DNA of 64,000 nt from Prasinococcaceae sp. CCMP 1430 (taxonomy: Eukaryota; Plantae; Prasinodermophyta), in NCBI GenBank assembly GCA_013416795.1, contig RQSC01000023.1, positions 151,768 through 215,767 of the forward strand. Reading direction: 5' to 3'. Below the pieces are notes generated by a model that had not been told where the DNA came from, searched no databases, and saw only the letters and a program-made list of their open reading frames with translations. Below are positions 33,101 to 42,759 of the stretch, in pieces. Every line of letters begins with the position of its first letter. The stretch's first letter is position 1. The translations under genes were made by a program, and so were the position numbers.

Positions 33101-33136
33101 GCTGCCGCGGCGACAAAGACGACTCAGACGGAGTAG
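30113..33136 (+). CDS. SNAPC4: Multi-repeat Myb protein, SNAPC4/SNAP190-like
   Basis: About 4.5 Myb repeats (INWDRVA; WCKEDD; WTPEED; WTKEED..RTDTQCRERY; WSEEED) preceded by a coiled coil. Confidence 0.75.
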   Translation: MADPGDGEDDDLDLWLTLRTQTQSTLGGGDSHRASEGGGARRKSAPKPAAGDGAVGLHTAAATSAAAQTARVAVQPGTSGDATSLEHGGGKRSGAVAATAVPPRCAPPLPPHASIAAVPLTAEDQEEYERARAAAKRNEVEMAKLEEELKAIFDAEQRMRSMDAEKLAAACAGAGSGDGGTQNSAADDSDTQRLIAGLRRAAHQSEPAEAHTGDARARAGQDFGDGGRELDGDDGGGAWQRDPATAAAASAALSAIRANRALRRALAAMVETTAKALDRTMLAKTGLLAQVAKWRSIKRGWQLNTLGDENMRALNPRRQARLFEAKVAVARPPLPQPGVAQGTKDGERVVAPAGTTRVSAERPRDDVSAAAVRSAPDQHQNLWERPAPCAVESRVLYTRDVVPSLCRLVSWRQEDASALRAAVEAQVRSAVTETVYAELQQRHAQRGAPKTIDGVLSALEASKKTLEELIDASAPFHAAAVAALDNINWDRVACTDNHLRHRYGPFECKRYWVHEMNPKRPRKREWCKEDDAKLLQAVESIGVMGRWAEIAARVDNGRDAVECLGRYQTELSSARTAKKTGRWTPEEDKLLLAQANHAMRSEWSLVAQHIPGRDNSQCMHRWRQRHKVNNMTVPGAFEPKAVPATVAAHALAVKKEDSSGRDSPASHKESRAGKAGAIADSTAAISMAMGASVIKKGIWTKEEDEQLLKGVNACAASGLGTSGGKRAAYGVWTRVASFVPTRTDTQCRERYKNILNPAVNRGKWSEEEDNKLLHIVREAAEGLGHDLAELEPSKQKRGSRRARGAAAGAKGGAAAQGSAFSDRKYDPKKMMFSLVSWAEVARIMGTGRTDAVVLKRFQTVAKKRDPQLFKIYASSEGARRSGELKSKALDLDTLSLPPLKGPQPKKAAPRKRAARPRKGTGSGGACGGVNGPATGEAVQGIGLKGKAKVADDEKIDDHASTTRAAGGTNEAEVEARRLRRNAQAAASRKRKREREAAAAATKTTQTE

Positions 33137-33204
33137 TTCGCAGGAGCGTCAGCGAGGCTGACGTCGGCGGTGCTCGGGTGCAAGCTTTGTACAGTACATT
33201 TAAT

Positions 33205-33395
33205 TCTCGAGAGAGAGCCTCTACTGGCTAGCATTGTGCGAGGGTCGCCTCTGGAAGTCTCGCTAGACTAGCTAGAAGGCTCTAGATTAGAAGGCAGACA
33301 GGGCCTCTCGAGGTCAAACTTGCCAGCTCGCGGCGGCGCGCGACGCGCGCGCGCGCCAGGGGCCTGCCTGTCTACTAGACTAGACTAGACTACAG
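33205..33395. repeat. CTAG-rich low-complexity patch with short inverted repeats and (TAGAC)3
   Basis: agagcctcta/tagaaggctct, ctcgagag/ctctcgag and ctagactagactagac between two convergent genes. Confidence 0.55.
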
Positions 33396-33411
33396 AGTGC
33401 TATCCAGGTGC

Positions 33412-36400
33412 TCACAACGGCTGGCCGGGCAGGTGGCTCCCGTTCCCGGAGGGTGTTCCTGCACCGGCTGTGGCACCTTTGAGCTGCCTCATGAAGTCAA
33501 TTCTGCCGCGCTGTGCGGCAAAGGGCGCACGGTACGCTTGCATTTTTGCCTGCAAACCCGAGCGTGCCGCGCGCGCGCTCGATGTCACGCCGCTGGCCTG
33601 TGATGACGAGCCCTTCTCGCCGCCGCGTGTCTGCTGTTTCAACAGGGGGGGCGGATCGTTCGCTCGTGTCCTGAGCGCCCCTGGCAGGCGCACACTCGAG
33701 TGACCGTTGCCGTCACCGTGCGCCTGTGCAAGCATAGCGCATACGCGTCCCTTCGCGTGACGCAGGTCCCTGTCCACTCGCGCCGCGACCAGCGCCTTGA
33801 TGTTTCCCAACCTCTTCTCCACCTCTTCCCGCCTCTCGGCGACCAGCTGTGCATCGGTCGCTGTGTATCGAGCTTCTGCAACCCGCGTTGCTGCCACGGG
33901 CGATTCACTCTCGTCGGCCATGCGCTTAAGAACGGCAAAGGCCGCCGCGCGCACGCCGTCGTCTCCATCGGCGACCTCGAGCCTGTGAAGGATGTGGAGA
34001 ACGTCAAGGGAGTCAAGGTTATCGAATCCCTTCGAGCTGAGCCCCACATGTCCCACCACGCTGGCCACGCAGGCCCGCACACTTCCATCTTTGTGCATCA
34101 GGTGCATACGAAGCGAAGCAACGTCATCGATGCTGAGCAAGGAGCCAACGGCCAGTGGCATCACTTCGCAGGCGCGCTGAAGCACCTCCATGGCCCGCGC
34201 GAATGTCAAGGGCTCACGTCCCGACTGCAAGCACACTCCGATCGTCCGATCCTCGTCGTCGGCCGAAACGTAGACATGAGCAACGACATCGAGGGCGGCG
34301 GCGACCACGGCGGGAGCAGAGCGAGCATCTTGCGCGCAGCGAACGAGCAGAGCGCCAGCCAATGAGCGTACAGACGGCTTGCTGCCGACTGCGTGCCCTA
34401 GCACTGCCCGAGCAGCGCCGCGGGCTGTGAGGTGTTGCACGAGCAGGCTGCTGCTCTCAGCGTTATCCACAGCGGCTTCATGCGATACCTTGCTCGGGCT
34501 TCCTTCAGCCGCGAAACCTGTCCGTGTCGCCAGCGCGTTCATCGCGCGCAGCGCCGCATCCGATGCCGCCATTGCGTCTTCGGAGCCTGACGCGCGATCC
34601 TGCCGTGAGTCATCCGTTTGGCTGGCTGCTCTCTCCACGAGTGCGGCGAGCAGGCTGATGTCTCGACGTACCACCGAGCGGAAGAGGATGACCATGGCGC
34701 CATGGGCGCGTGATATGGCACGGGTGAACGCAAGCGCGGTCGCCACAAGTTTCCCAGAAATGCTTCCAGTGCGCATGTGCTCCAATGCGTGTGCCAAACG
34801 GCGCGCGCAGCTGCCTCTCACATCGCGTTCCCTCTTGTACTGCTGTATGTCGTCAGCCGCAATCAGGTCCGTGAGCATGTCACTACTGGAGAGCTTTCCG
34901 ACAGCCTCAGCGACAGCAGCAGCCGCCGCCGCATCGGTATGCACGAGCAGCGTGGCGCAGGCTTGCAGGAATGAGCACACCGCTGCGGTGGCTCTCGGCC
35001 CAGCGGCGCGCGACCAGCGAATGCGCATCTGGTATCGCAGGTGGGGATCGAGTGCGCGCCGAGCGATCGCCTGGATGGCGCGCTCTGCCAGCATCGCGAC
35101 GCCCTCGTGCACACCATGCAACTCGTTCGTGTGCACTTGGATCGCGGAAGCCGTCCGAGCGCGCTCTGTAGAGGGCGCCTTCGAATCGTTTTGTGCATGT
35201 TGTGTAGGGGCGGCGTTGCAGCATCGCGCTCGCTTCTTGGCGGCCATCTTAGCAGCGCCGTGCGCACATCGCGTGCTAGTAGTCTCGCGCTGTAGCGCGA
35301 TCTCAACCTCGCCGCTCGTGATTGCCTTTGCCTCAATCTCGCACGCGAAAGCCAACGCATTGGCACCAAGTTGTGACAGCAGCTTCTCGGTAGAGCCATC
35401 GCATAAACCTGGGTCATTTGCCATCACGCCGGCCACAAGAGACGCCAGAGCCAGCGCCTCAAGGGGTGACACTGATAGCGATGGCACCATTTTTCTTTCG
35501 CGCGTGTTGAGAGCCGAAAAGGTGCTCACGTAGGCGACGCAGCGCGTGCCCATCGAAGCGTTGGCGTGGGTATCAGACGGGGAAGGCCGAGCGGTCACCA
35601 TCCACACCTTTCCGCAGCGCCACTGTAGGAGTGATATTGCTACACACACTGGCAGCACGATGATCCAGAACAGAATTGCTACCGGCTGCGTGCGATCGTC
35701 ATCAACAGCGCTCTGCCCGACGCTCACCTTGTGCCACACCACCGCAGCAGCTGCCAGGGTCGCCACTGAATAGCCGCCGGCGCGCGCGACTGCGACGCCG
35801 CGCGCTACACCGCGCACGCTCTGGAGGACAAAGTGGGCAGCAAGCAACACGCCTGTCGCCAGCAGTACGCCGACGTCGTGCCTCCACAGCATCGTGGTGC
35901 TGAAGTCTGCGTCTGCATCTGCGCGCCGTGCGGACTCGGCGAGGACGGCCAGACCTGCAATGAGTACCTTGGCAAACACGGACAAGCACACAAAGCTCGG
36001 CAGCACCCGCACGCCCGGGTCATCTTCGTGTCTTCGGGCACCGCACAGCAGTGCAGCAATCACCAAGACGCAAAACCCAGCCATTGCCATGACAGCCTGC
36101 AGGAAGTGAGACCCTTGCCACCACAGAACTTCTGGATCCTTGTCCCAGTGCACCCAAGGTTTCAGCGTGTGCCGATACTGGCACGTCACTCTCCCCAACA
36201 AAGCACTCGCCATCGGCTGCAGGAGCACCTCAGGCAACACTGCTGGTACGTACAGCGAGGTGCACTTGGAGAGATGGACAGCAGCAACAAGCAGAAATTG
36301 GCACGCACGCATGCAAGCAGACTTCAGCGGGGCGAACCTCCCTTTTCCGCCTTTTCTGTCGTCTTTTTGGCCGGCGGTAGACGCATCGCTGTTTGCTTCG

Positions 36401-39246
36401 TCGTCTTGATCCTCACCAGCGGACTGGCCGGCTGATGACTTCTTGGCGCTGCCTCCCGATGAATATTTGCGACTTGCGCTGGTGCCGCCAGGATACACAC
36501 CGATATCGCGCTGCAGCGACACCGAGCGCATGCGCACGAGCAGCTGCGACAGCCTGCGTTGCAATGCGAAGCTCAGTCCCGTGCACACCAGCAAGACGAT
36601 GCTCATCCAAAATAGGGCGTTCGCGACCGAAGCGTCTGCGGCAATGCCGGTGAGGAATGAGGCGAGCCACGGAAGCTTGTATGGAAATGGAGGGACGTCC
36701 TTTCGAATGAAGGATGGCGCGAGGAGCTGCAGCGGCTCCAGCAACACGGCGACGCAGAGCGCGAGGCGGCGGGTGGGTGGCATGTACACACTCATCTGCG
36801 ACACATTGGCACGTGCGCACTTCACGTCAATGGCCCACTGCAAGGGCGAGCACCAGCGGCGACGCAAGGCGTTGGCGACTTCTTCGCGCGGGCTCGTAGC
36901 GGGGGAAGCCCTGAGCAGCCAAAGTGAGCCCATGCTTCGCATGCTGACCACACGAACGGCTCTGTGCGCCGACACTTCCGCGAACGCACCGCGCGCCTTG
37001 CACGGCGAGCACACTTTCGATGGCGTTGGGGACGGCATGGCACTGGGTGCTGGCACACCCATATTGGCGGCGCCTTCAAAGCCGCCCAGTGCGCTAGCAC
37101 CGCCCGTTTGAGTCGGCCTTATGTCGACGGCCCAACCTCCACGTGCTGCCACCGACCGCTCTGGGTCGTCAAGTGTGTGCGCAGCCAGTCGCTCGAGTCT
37201 GCGAATGGCCATCCGTCGCTGGTGCACCGCCTGCACGTCGAGAGACAGATTGCGCACGTGCAGCACGGATGTTGGTCCCATGTAGGGCAGACTGGCGCAC
37301 ACGAGAACGCCCACGATCACAGAAAGCACAAGCGTGAGCAGCGATTGGCGCGACTCGCCCAAATCGAGGCACTCTTGCTCCCATGCGATGAAGTACGCCA
37401 AGCGGAGCTGCGACGTACTGCAGCCGTCTGTCACCTGGAACGAGACGCCATGCATGCCAAGAGCATCGGGCCTGCCCACCACATTTGGCTCGCTGCCTAT
37501 CACAGAGAGCTCATCGGTGGCGCTGGCGTTGGGCAAGCTCACCCATGTCCACGTCCACTCGATATGGTCACCATCGGCATCATATGATGCGTTACCAACA
37601 AGATCGACGTACGGAAAGCAGAATCCTGGCCAGTCGGAAAGTCGCACATATGCCGAGGGCGTGGGAGGCTCGTTGCACAGTACCTCGACTTCCACCGTGT
37701 CTTCCATTGAGTCGCAATTGGAAGCGGACGTGAGCATGAGCTCGTACGTCCCAGGAGCGATCGGTGTGAAAAGCACCTCAGAGGTGTCGTTGAAGCTGAG
37801 CTTTGCGGAGCCGCCTGTATCCATGCTGGCGAAGTCCCATCTGTGACGCACCCAATTGTTCGGACACATGGGCGGCATGTCGGTGCTCACATGCGCCACG
37901 AGCTCAGATCGATAGCGTCCTCTGCTCGGCCCAGAAGGAGGCAAAAAGTCAGGCTCCATCTCAAACGCCTCGTACTCGGCCTGGTCGGCCGTGCTGTTTG
38001 CATCGAGGTCATCGAGGTCGAGCACGAAGACCGGATCAGCAGTCGGGGCTAGCGAGGAAATGTCGCGCGATGTTCGTTGCTCGAAGAGCGGCAGGCGTGA
38101 TGCTCCCCGCGTGCCGTTGCTGCTCTCGCCGGACAAAGCCGAGCCGTAGAGCACCGAATCGCCGAGCGCTGCCTGCCGATCGTACCTGATCAGACTGATG
38201 TCGTCTACGCATGCCTTGTGCCGCCTGCCCGTCTCGTACGGCGCCTCGACTGTGACCGCGAGCCGTCCGACGGCCGCTGGCGGTGCCAGCAGCTGCCATT
38301 CACCGAGGCGACGTCCATTGAGGTGCACGGAGTATAAAATGTCATCGACGGTCCCACCAATGTGAAGCCACAAATCAACACGCAGCCAGCGCCCTGCGGG
38401 CCAGGGCGCCAGCGCGGCAGTACCGTAAATAGCGTCGAATTGCTCGGCATCGAGCTCCTGCGCGAGTATGGCTGGCGGGGGACCGTGCGAGAGCACCCTG
38501 CGCTCGCGCAGTCCAGCAGCGGCCATCTCTTCTGTCGATTTGAACGCAATGACGATGCCTCGCGCCTCGGTGTCAATTCCTTCGGGACGCAGCTCGAGGG
38601 ACGTCGTGGCATTGTACGCTGGCAGGAGCGCGAAGGACCAGCGCAAGGATTGGCCTTCGCGGAAGCGGTGCTGCGAGACCACGCGGCGATAGGAGAAGGT
38701 CGCGTGTTGCGCGGGCGTACGCAAAACGAGGGGGTCTGTCGGCGAAAAGTACGAGGCCGGTGTGTACCTCCCCATCACAAGCTCCGGGTCTGACTCGGCG
38801 ATATCTTCGTCTGGCGCACGCTCATTGTCGAGCTCGACACAAACGGCTTCGCCCGACGGGCAACCAGTCGCGGGCGCCACGCCCTTTGGCAGGTATCCGG
38901 TCGTGCTCGCGTCGCCCAGCAGCACACTATCGAAGGCGTTGTTCTCATACTTGATTGTCGTATCGTTGGCTGCGGATGACTGGAAGTTGCTCACGCACAC
39001 GGCCTCGTCGTACTTCAGCGGGGGTGGCGGGTTGGGCGGTGGCGGTGCTGGCGGGGCCGGTGGGGGGCTCGGCGGCGGCTCGGGCGTAGGAGGCGGCATT
39101 GGGGCATCCGTGCCGACGTAAGACGTCGTCTGCGCACGCGAAAGCACGCACAGCCACGCGAGGGTGAAGAGGGCCACTGCCACGCGCGCTGTGCCGCGTC
39201 CTCTCCTCGCGAGCCTCGCCATCCACACATGCGCTAAGCATGCCAT
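33412..39246 (-). CDS. Large receptor-like multi-pass membrane protein (signal peptide, Pro-rich linker, PKD/Ig-like repeats, multiple TMs, ARM-like C-terminus)
   Basis: Uninterrupted 1944-aa ORF; PKD-like FTPIAPGTYELML and SYDADGDHIEWTW..VTDGC; many hydrophobic helices; helical-repeat tail. Confidence 0.8.
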   Translation of the reverse strand: MACLAHVWMARLARRGRGTARVAVALFTLAWLCVLSRAQTTSYVGTDAPMPPPTPEPPPSPPPAPPAPPPPNPPPPLKYDEAVCVSNFQSSAANDTTIKYENNAFDSVLLGDASTTGYLPKGVAPATGCPSGEAVCVELDNERAPDEDIAESDPELVMGRYTPASYFSPTDPLVLRTPAQHATFSYRRVVSQHRFREGQSLRWSFALLPAYNATTSLELRPEGIDTEARGIVIAFKSTEEMAAAGLRERRVLSHGPPPAILAQELDAEQFDAIYGTAALAPWPAGRWLRVDLWLHIGGTVDDILYSVHLNGRRLGEWQLLAPPAAVGRLAVTVEAPYETGRRHKACVDDISLIRYDRQAALGDSVLYGSALSGESSNGTRGASRLPLFEQRTSRDISSLAPTADPVFVLDLDDLDANSTADQAEYEAFEMEPDFLPPSGPSRGRYRSELVAHVSTDMPPMCPNNWVRHRWDFASMDTGGSAKLSFNDTSEVLFTPIAPGTYELMLTSASNCDSMEDTVEVEVLCNEPPTPSAYVRLSDWPGFCFPYVDLVGNASYDADGDHIEWTWTWVSLPNASATDELSVIGSEPNVVGRPDALGMHGVSFQVTDGCSTSQLRLAYFIAWEQECLDLGESRQSLLTLVLSVIVGVLVCASLPYMGPTSVLHVRNLSLDVQAVHQRRMAIRRLERLAAHTLDDPERSVAARGGWAVDIRPTQTGGASALGGFEGAANMGVPAPSAMPSPTPSKVCSPCKARGAFAEVSAHRAVRVVSMRSMGSLWLLRASPATSPREEVANALRRRWCSPLQWAIDVKCARANVSQMSVYMPPTRRLALCVAVLLEPLQLLAPSFIRKDVPPFPYKLPWLASFLTGIAADASVANALFWMSIVLLVCTGLSFALQRRLSQLLVRMRSVSLQRDIGVYPGGTSASRKYSSGGSAKKSSAGQSAGEDQDDEANSDASTAGQKDDRKGGKGRFAPLKSACMRACQFLLVAAVHLSKCTSLYVPAVLPEVLLQPMASALLGRVTCQYRHTLKPWVHWDKDPEVLWWQGSHFLQAVMAMAGFCVLVIAALLCGARRHEDDPGVRVLPSFVCLSVFAKVLIAGLAVLAESARRADADADFSTTMLWRHDVGVLLATGVLLAAHFVLQSVRGVARGVAVARAGGYSVATLAAAAVVWHKVSVGQSAVDDDRTQPVAILFWIIVLPVCVAISLLQWRCGKVWMVTARPSPSDTHANASMGTRCVAYVSTFSALNTRERKMVPSLSVSPLEALALASLVAGVMANDPGLCDGSTEKLLSQLGANALAFACEIEAKAITSGEVEIALQRETTSTRCAHGAAKMAAKKRARCCNAAPTQHAQNDSKAPSTERARTASAIQVHTNELHGVHEGVAMLAERAIQAIARRALDPHLRYQMRIRWSRAAGPRATAAVCSFLQACATLLVHTDAAAAAAVAEAVGKLSSSDMLTDLIAADDIQQYKRERDVRGSCARRLAHALEHMRTGSISGKLVATALAFTRAISRAHGAMVILFRSVVRRDISLLAALVERAASQTDDSRQDRASGSEDAMAASDAALRAMNALATRTGFAAEGSPSKVSHEAAVDNAESSSLLVQHLTARGAARAVLGHAVGSKPSVRSLAGALLVRCAQDARSAPAVVAAALDVVAHVYVSADDEDRTIGVCLQSGREPLTFARAMEVLQRACEVMPLAVGSLLSIDDVASLRMHLMHKDGSVRACVASVVGHVGLSSKGFDNLDSLDVLHILHRLEVADGDDGVRAAAFAVLKRMADESESPVAATRVAEARYTATDAQLVAERREEVEKRLGNIKALVAARVDRDLRHAKGRVCAMLAQAHGDGNGHSSVRLPGALRTRANDPPPLLKQQTRGGEKGSSSQASGVTSSARAARSGLQAKMQAYRAPFAAQRGRIDFMRQLKGATAGAGTPSGNGSHLPGQPL

Positions 39247-39708
39247 GTCTCTGCCTGGCGCGCCGTCCGGCGCGCTCGCTGCCTGCTTCTCCGGCGCAGC
39301 CGCCGCGGCGCGGCGCGCCGGGCCGTGCCGCGGCTACGCACTGCAGCACATCGCCCCCGCGCTGGCCAGCTGTCGGCCGCGCCCGCGCCCGCGCCTGCGC
39401 CGCGAGCGGCACTGACCACGCGTCACCGCCGACTCCGAAGGAGCTAGAGCTAGCTATCGCACGGAGGAGAGAGGTGCGGGAGAGAGTGGAGGGAGCGAAG
39501 AGGGGCGAGTGGCCTGGCTCAGCGCGCCGCGCCGGCGCCCCTCTAGCTAGGCGCGCGCCCCCGCGCGCTGTGTGGTGCGCGGAGCTGCCCGGACCCGGCA
39601 AGAAGATTTCAAACCAGCAGCTTCTCAGCTTTTCCGTCTCATCCGCCGGGTGATCGATTCTGTTTTACAGGTACAGTGTACTGTACAGATGCAGAGCACA
39701 TGCGCCGG

Positions 39709-42216
39709 TCACTTTCCAGGCACCTTGGGCTTGCGCTGGCGCTTGCTCTTCGGGCGCGGTTGCATCGAGGCAGCCAGCGTGACCGCCTTCCGCTTACGCG
39801 TCCCTGACGCTACGGATGACGGCGTCCCTTGCCCACCGGTCGCCGCCTTGCGCTTGCGCAACGTCCGCATCGCAGACGATGGCGTCCCCGAGGTAACGGG
39901 GACAGGCTCAGCCGGTCCCAGCTGCTCAGCTGGCGGTGCCACCTGCTTGCCCCTCTTGCCCGACGAACGAGCTGCTGCAGGAGTCGCATCGGCGGCGACC
40001 GCCGCCTTGACGGTGGGCATCGCCGTGGCCACCTTCGTGGCAGGCGCAGCCTTCGCAGCTATTCTGGCAGATCTCTTGGTGGGGCCCTCGTCACCATTTT
40101 TGCCACCATTCCGCTGCGGGCTGCCCGCTTGCTCGCACGCATAGCGACCGCCGTCCCTCTCTGCTGCTGTGCTTGCACGGGATGCTCCGGCGGGCTGCGC
40201 GCGCGTTCGCCGCGGCTCGACGGCCGCCGCCGCTTGAGACTGTGGAACGAGCACTGCTGCGCCCGATGGCCGCCTCCTCTTGACGGCCTCCTTCGAAGGC
40301 TTTTGTGCACTGCTCGGGGCACTGCCAGTCCCCCGTCGCGTCGACGCCAGGGCCTGAGCCGCGGCGAGAGGTTGCATTGGCGTCACCTCGGTCGCCTCAA
40401 GAGGCTGCTGACCTAGTGCACGCCGTAATGACCTGCGCGGCGACAGAGCGTCGGCTTGGGGGAGCGCGAACGCTGCGTTCCAACCAGGGGTGCCATTTGG
40501 AGCGGACGGACTTTGCGACCCCGATCGCCCAGCCGCTTGAGGAGGCGCGGCGTCCTCGTCCAGCTGAGCCAGTGGGTCCAGAAACCGCATGTCATTCGCC
40601 GACGGTACCACTGTGCCTGCGTCTGGAACAATGGAGCGAGAGAAAAAGCCGCCGCGGCTCGCAAAGTACTGTCCAGGCTCTGTGCATGGGTTGCCCGCGC
40701 CCGTGCGAGCGCCAGTAATACCCTCAGCACCCAATGCCCCGATAGAGCGATCGGGCTCGAATCCTTGAGTGTCAAGGCCTGCAGCGGCCGTGACGACAGC
40801 GTTTGTGACATCCGCCTGGTCGGTAGTTGCTTCAACAGACGGCTTCGCGCGAGACCGCCGTGGCCGGCACACCTCCGCGTCCTCGACCGCTGCGTCCGCG
40901 AGCGCGCCAGTTTGCTTGACCAGGACGTCAAGACACTTCAGGATGGGATCAGGCGTGAAGCCCATCTTCAACGCTGTCCTCAGCTCGGCCTGCGACGGCG
41001 CCGGGGCAGCGCATCTCCTGAGCTCGCTCTTCCTGAACGACTCCTCGACCTTGCGCAGGTGCTCCTCGGTTTTGATGTGGTGGTAGTAGGACTTGTACCG
41101 CACCTTGCACACACAACAATATTGATTCTTGCGCTCTTGGCGCAAGTGAACCGGTTTTCTCTGCGCTGCCGGCTTCTCCCTCGCCGCTGCTGCGCGTCCC
41201 TCTGGCGCGGCCACCAAGCCCGCATTTTCGGCGACTCGCCGCCCCCCTTTGCCTCCCCCAGCGCGCTCCGCCTGCTTTGCTGCGTGCGCGCCCGACTTGG
41301 AGGACGGCTGCTTGCCAGCTTCGATGTCGTCGCGTCCGGAACTTGGAGCCTCGACCGGCGCTTTGGCCGCCGCTGCAGCCTGTTTCTGCCGTCGCACCTC
41401 TGCAGCCGCCCCCCTCGCTGGCTGCGCTGGCGGAGGCCAGGGGTGCAGCACGAGCGCAGGCCCCCCGCGCGGGCCCCCGCCGCTTCCGTCGCCCCACGTC
41501 GGAAACAGCTGGCAGGTTTTCGTCAGGATCTTGTACGTGTTGGTGTCGTCGACGACGGTGACCTTCGTCGCCGGGTACTGCTCGGAACCTCGACCTTTGC
41601 CGATGTGAGAGGCCACTTGCGGCCTCGAATCAATGATGGCCTTTCTCAAGTCTGCCTGCCTTGCCGTCCTCTTCGCCTCGCGGGAGTTGCCACCCTTTTG
41701 TGTGTGGCTCTTCGAGTTCGTTGCTGTCTGAGTCGTGGCAGACGGCAGCATTCGCAGCTCGACCTTGCGTCTGAGTAGACCCCACACGAAAGTGCTATCC
41801 TTGCCATCGATGGCGGCCCCATCGCCGCCGGCCTCGGCATTTTCGTGTCTCGTTTGGCGGCTCCTGTCGACCTCCCGCGCTGTGACCCCCGGCTGCTGCA
41901 TTCGCCTACCCCCTGGCGTGAGCGACTTGTGCTCCGTGCTGCGCTGCTGCCGCGCCTGTTGCCTGCTGAGCTCCTGCATCGTGGACGCTTTCTTCGTGTA
42001 CGCCACCTCGGCCTTATCGGGGGCATCGCAGAACACCGCCCTGCACCTGCTCGTCTCTTGCACATCTCTTTCCACCGCCCTCTTCTCCTCATCCGTGTAC
42101 GCACCGCCGTGCAGGTACACCTGGCAGGGCTTGAGGTTCCCCTTTGTCTTGACTTGCAGCTGCTGCGACGCTGCGGCCAGTTTCGCGCCCCGCGTCCCTT
42201 TGGCGCGGCTCGCCAT
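39709..42216 (-). CDS. DBF4-type zinc-finger protein (candidate Cdc7 activator)
   Basis: YCCVCKVRYKSYYHHIKTEEH fits C-x2-C-x9-H-x5-H (zf-DBF), plus motif-N-like and motif-M-like blocks. Confidence 0.7.
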   Translation of the reverse strand: MASRAKGTRGAKLAAASQQLQVKTKGNLKPCQVYLHGGAYTDEEKRAVERDVQETSRCRAVFCDAPDKAEVAYTKKASTMQELSRQQARQQRSTEHKSLTPGGRRMQQPGVTAREVDRSRQTRHENAEAGGDGAAIDGKDSTFVWGLLRRKVELRMLPSATTQTATNSKSHTQKGGNSREAKRTARQADLRKAIIDSRPQVASHIGKGRGSEQYPATKVTVVDDTNTYKILTKTCQLFPTWGDGSGGGPRGGPALVLHPWPPPAQPARGAAAEVRRQKQAAAAAKAPVEAPSSGRDDIEAGKQPSSKSGAHAAKQAERAGGGKGGRRVAENAGLVAAPEGRAAAAREKPAAQRKPVHLRQERKNQYCCVCKVRYKSYYHHIKTEEHLRKVEESFRKSELRRCAAPAPSQAELRTALKMGFTPDPILKCLDVLVKQTGALADAAVEDAEVCRPRRSRAKPSVEATTDQADVTNAVVTAAAGLDTQGFEPDRSIGALGAEGITGARTGAGNPCTEPGQYFASRGGFFSRSIVPDAGTVVPSANDMRFLDPLAQLDEDAAPPQAAGRSGSQSPSAPNGTPGWNAAFALPQADALSPRRSLRRALGQQPLEATEVTPMQPLAAAQALASTRRGTGSAPSSAQKPSKEAVKRRRPSGAAVLVPQSQAAAAVEPRRTRAQPAGASRASTAAERDGGRYACEQAGSPQRNGGKNGDEGPTKRSARIAAKAAPATKVATAMPTVKAAVAADATPAAARSSGKRGKQVAPPAEQLGPAEPVPVTSGTPSSAMRTLRKRKAATGGQGTPSSVASGTRKRKAVTLAASMQPRPKSKRQRKPKVPGK

Positions 42217-42267
42217 GGCGTGCGGCGGCGCCGGGCACGGCCGCGGCTCGAGCTCGGCGCCCCGCCC

Positions 42268-42759
42268 NNNNNNNNNNNNNNNNNNNNNNNNNNNNNNNNN
42301 NNNNNNNNNNNNNNNNNNNNNNNNNNNNNNNNNNNNNNNNNNNNNNNNNNNNNNNNNNNNNNNNNNNNNNNNNNNNNNNNNNNNNNNNNNNNNNNNNNNN
42401 NNNNNNNNNNNNNNNNNNNNNNNNNNNNNNNNNNNNNNNNNNNNNNNNNNNNNNNNNNNNNNNNNNNNNNNNNNNNNNNNNNNNNNNNNNNNNNNNNNNN
42501 NNNNNNNNNNNNNNNNNNNNNNNNNNNNNNNNNNNNNNNNNNNNNNNNNNNNNNNNNNNNNNNNNNNNNNNNNNNNNNNNNNNNNNNNNNNNNNNNNNNN
42601 NNNNNNNNNNNNNNNNNNNNNNNNNNNNNNNNNNNNNNNNNNNNNNNNNNNNNNNNNNNNNNNNNNNNNNNNNNNNNNNNNNNNNNNNNNNNNNNNNNNN
42701 NNNNNNNNNNNNNNNNNNNNNNNNNNNNNNNNNNNNNNNNNNNNNNNNNNNNNNNNNNN
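42268..42759. other. Assembly gap
   Basis: Run of N. Confidence 1.
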
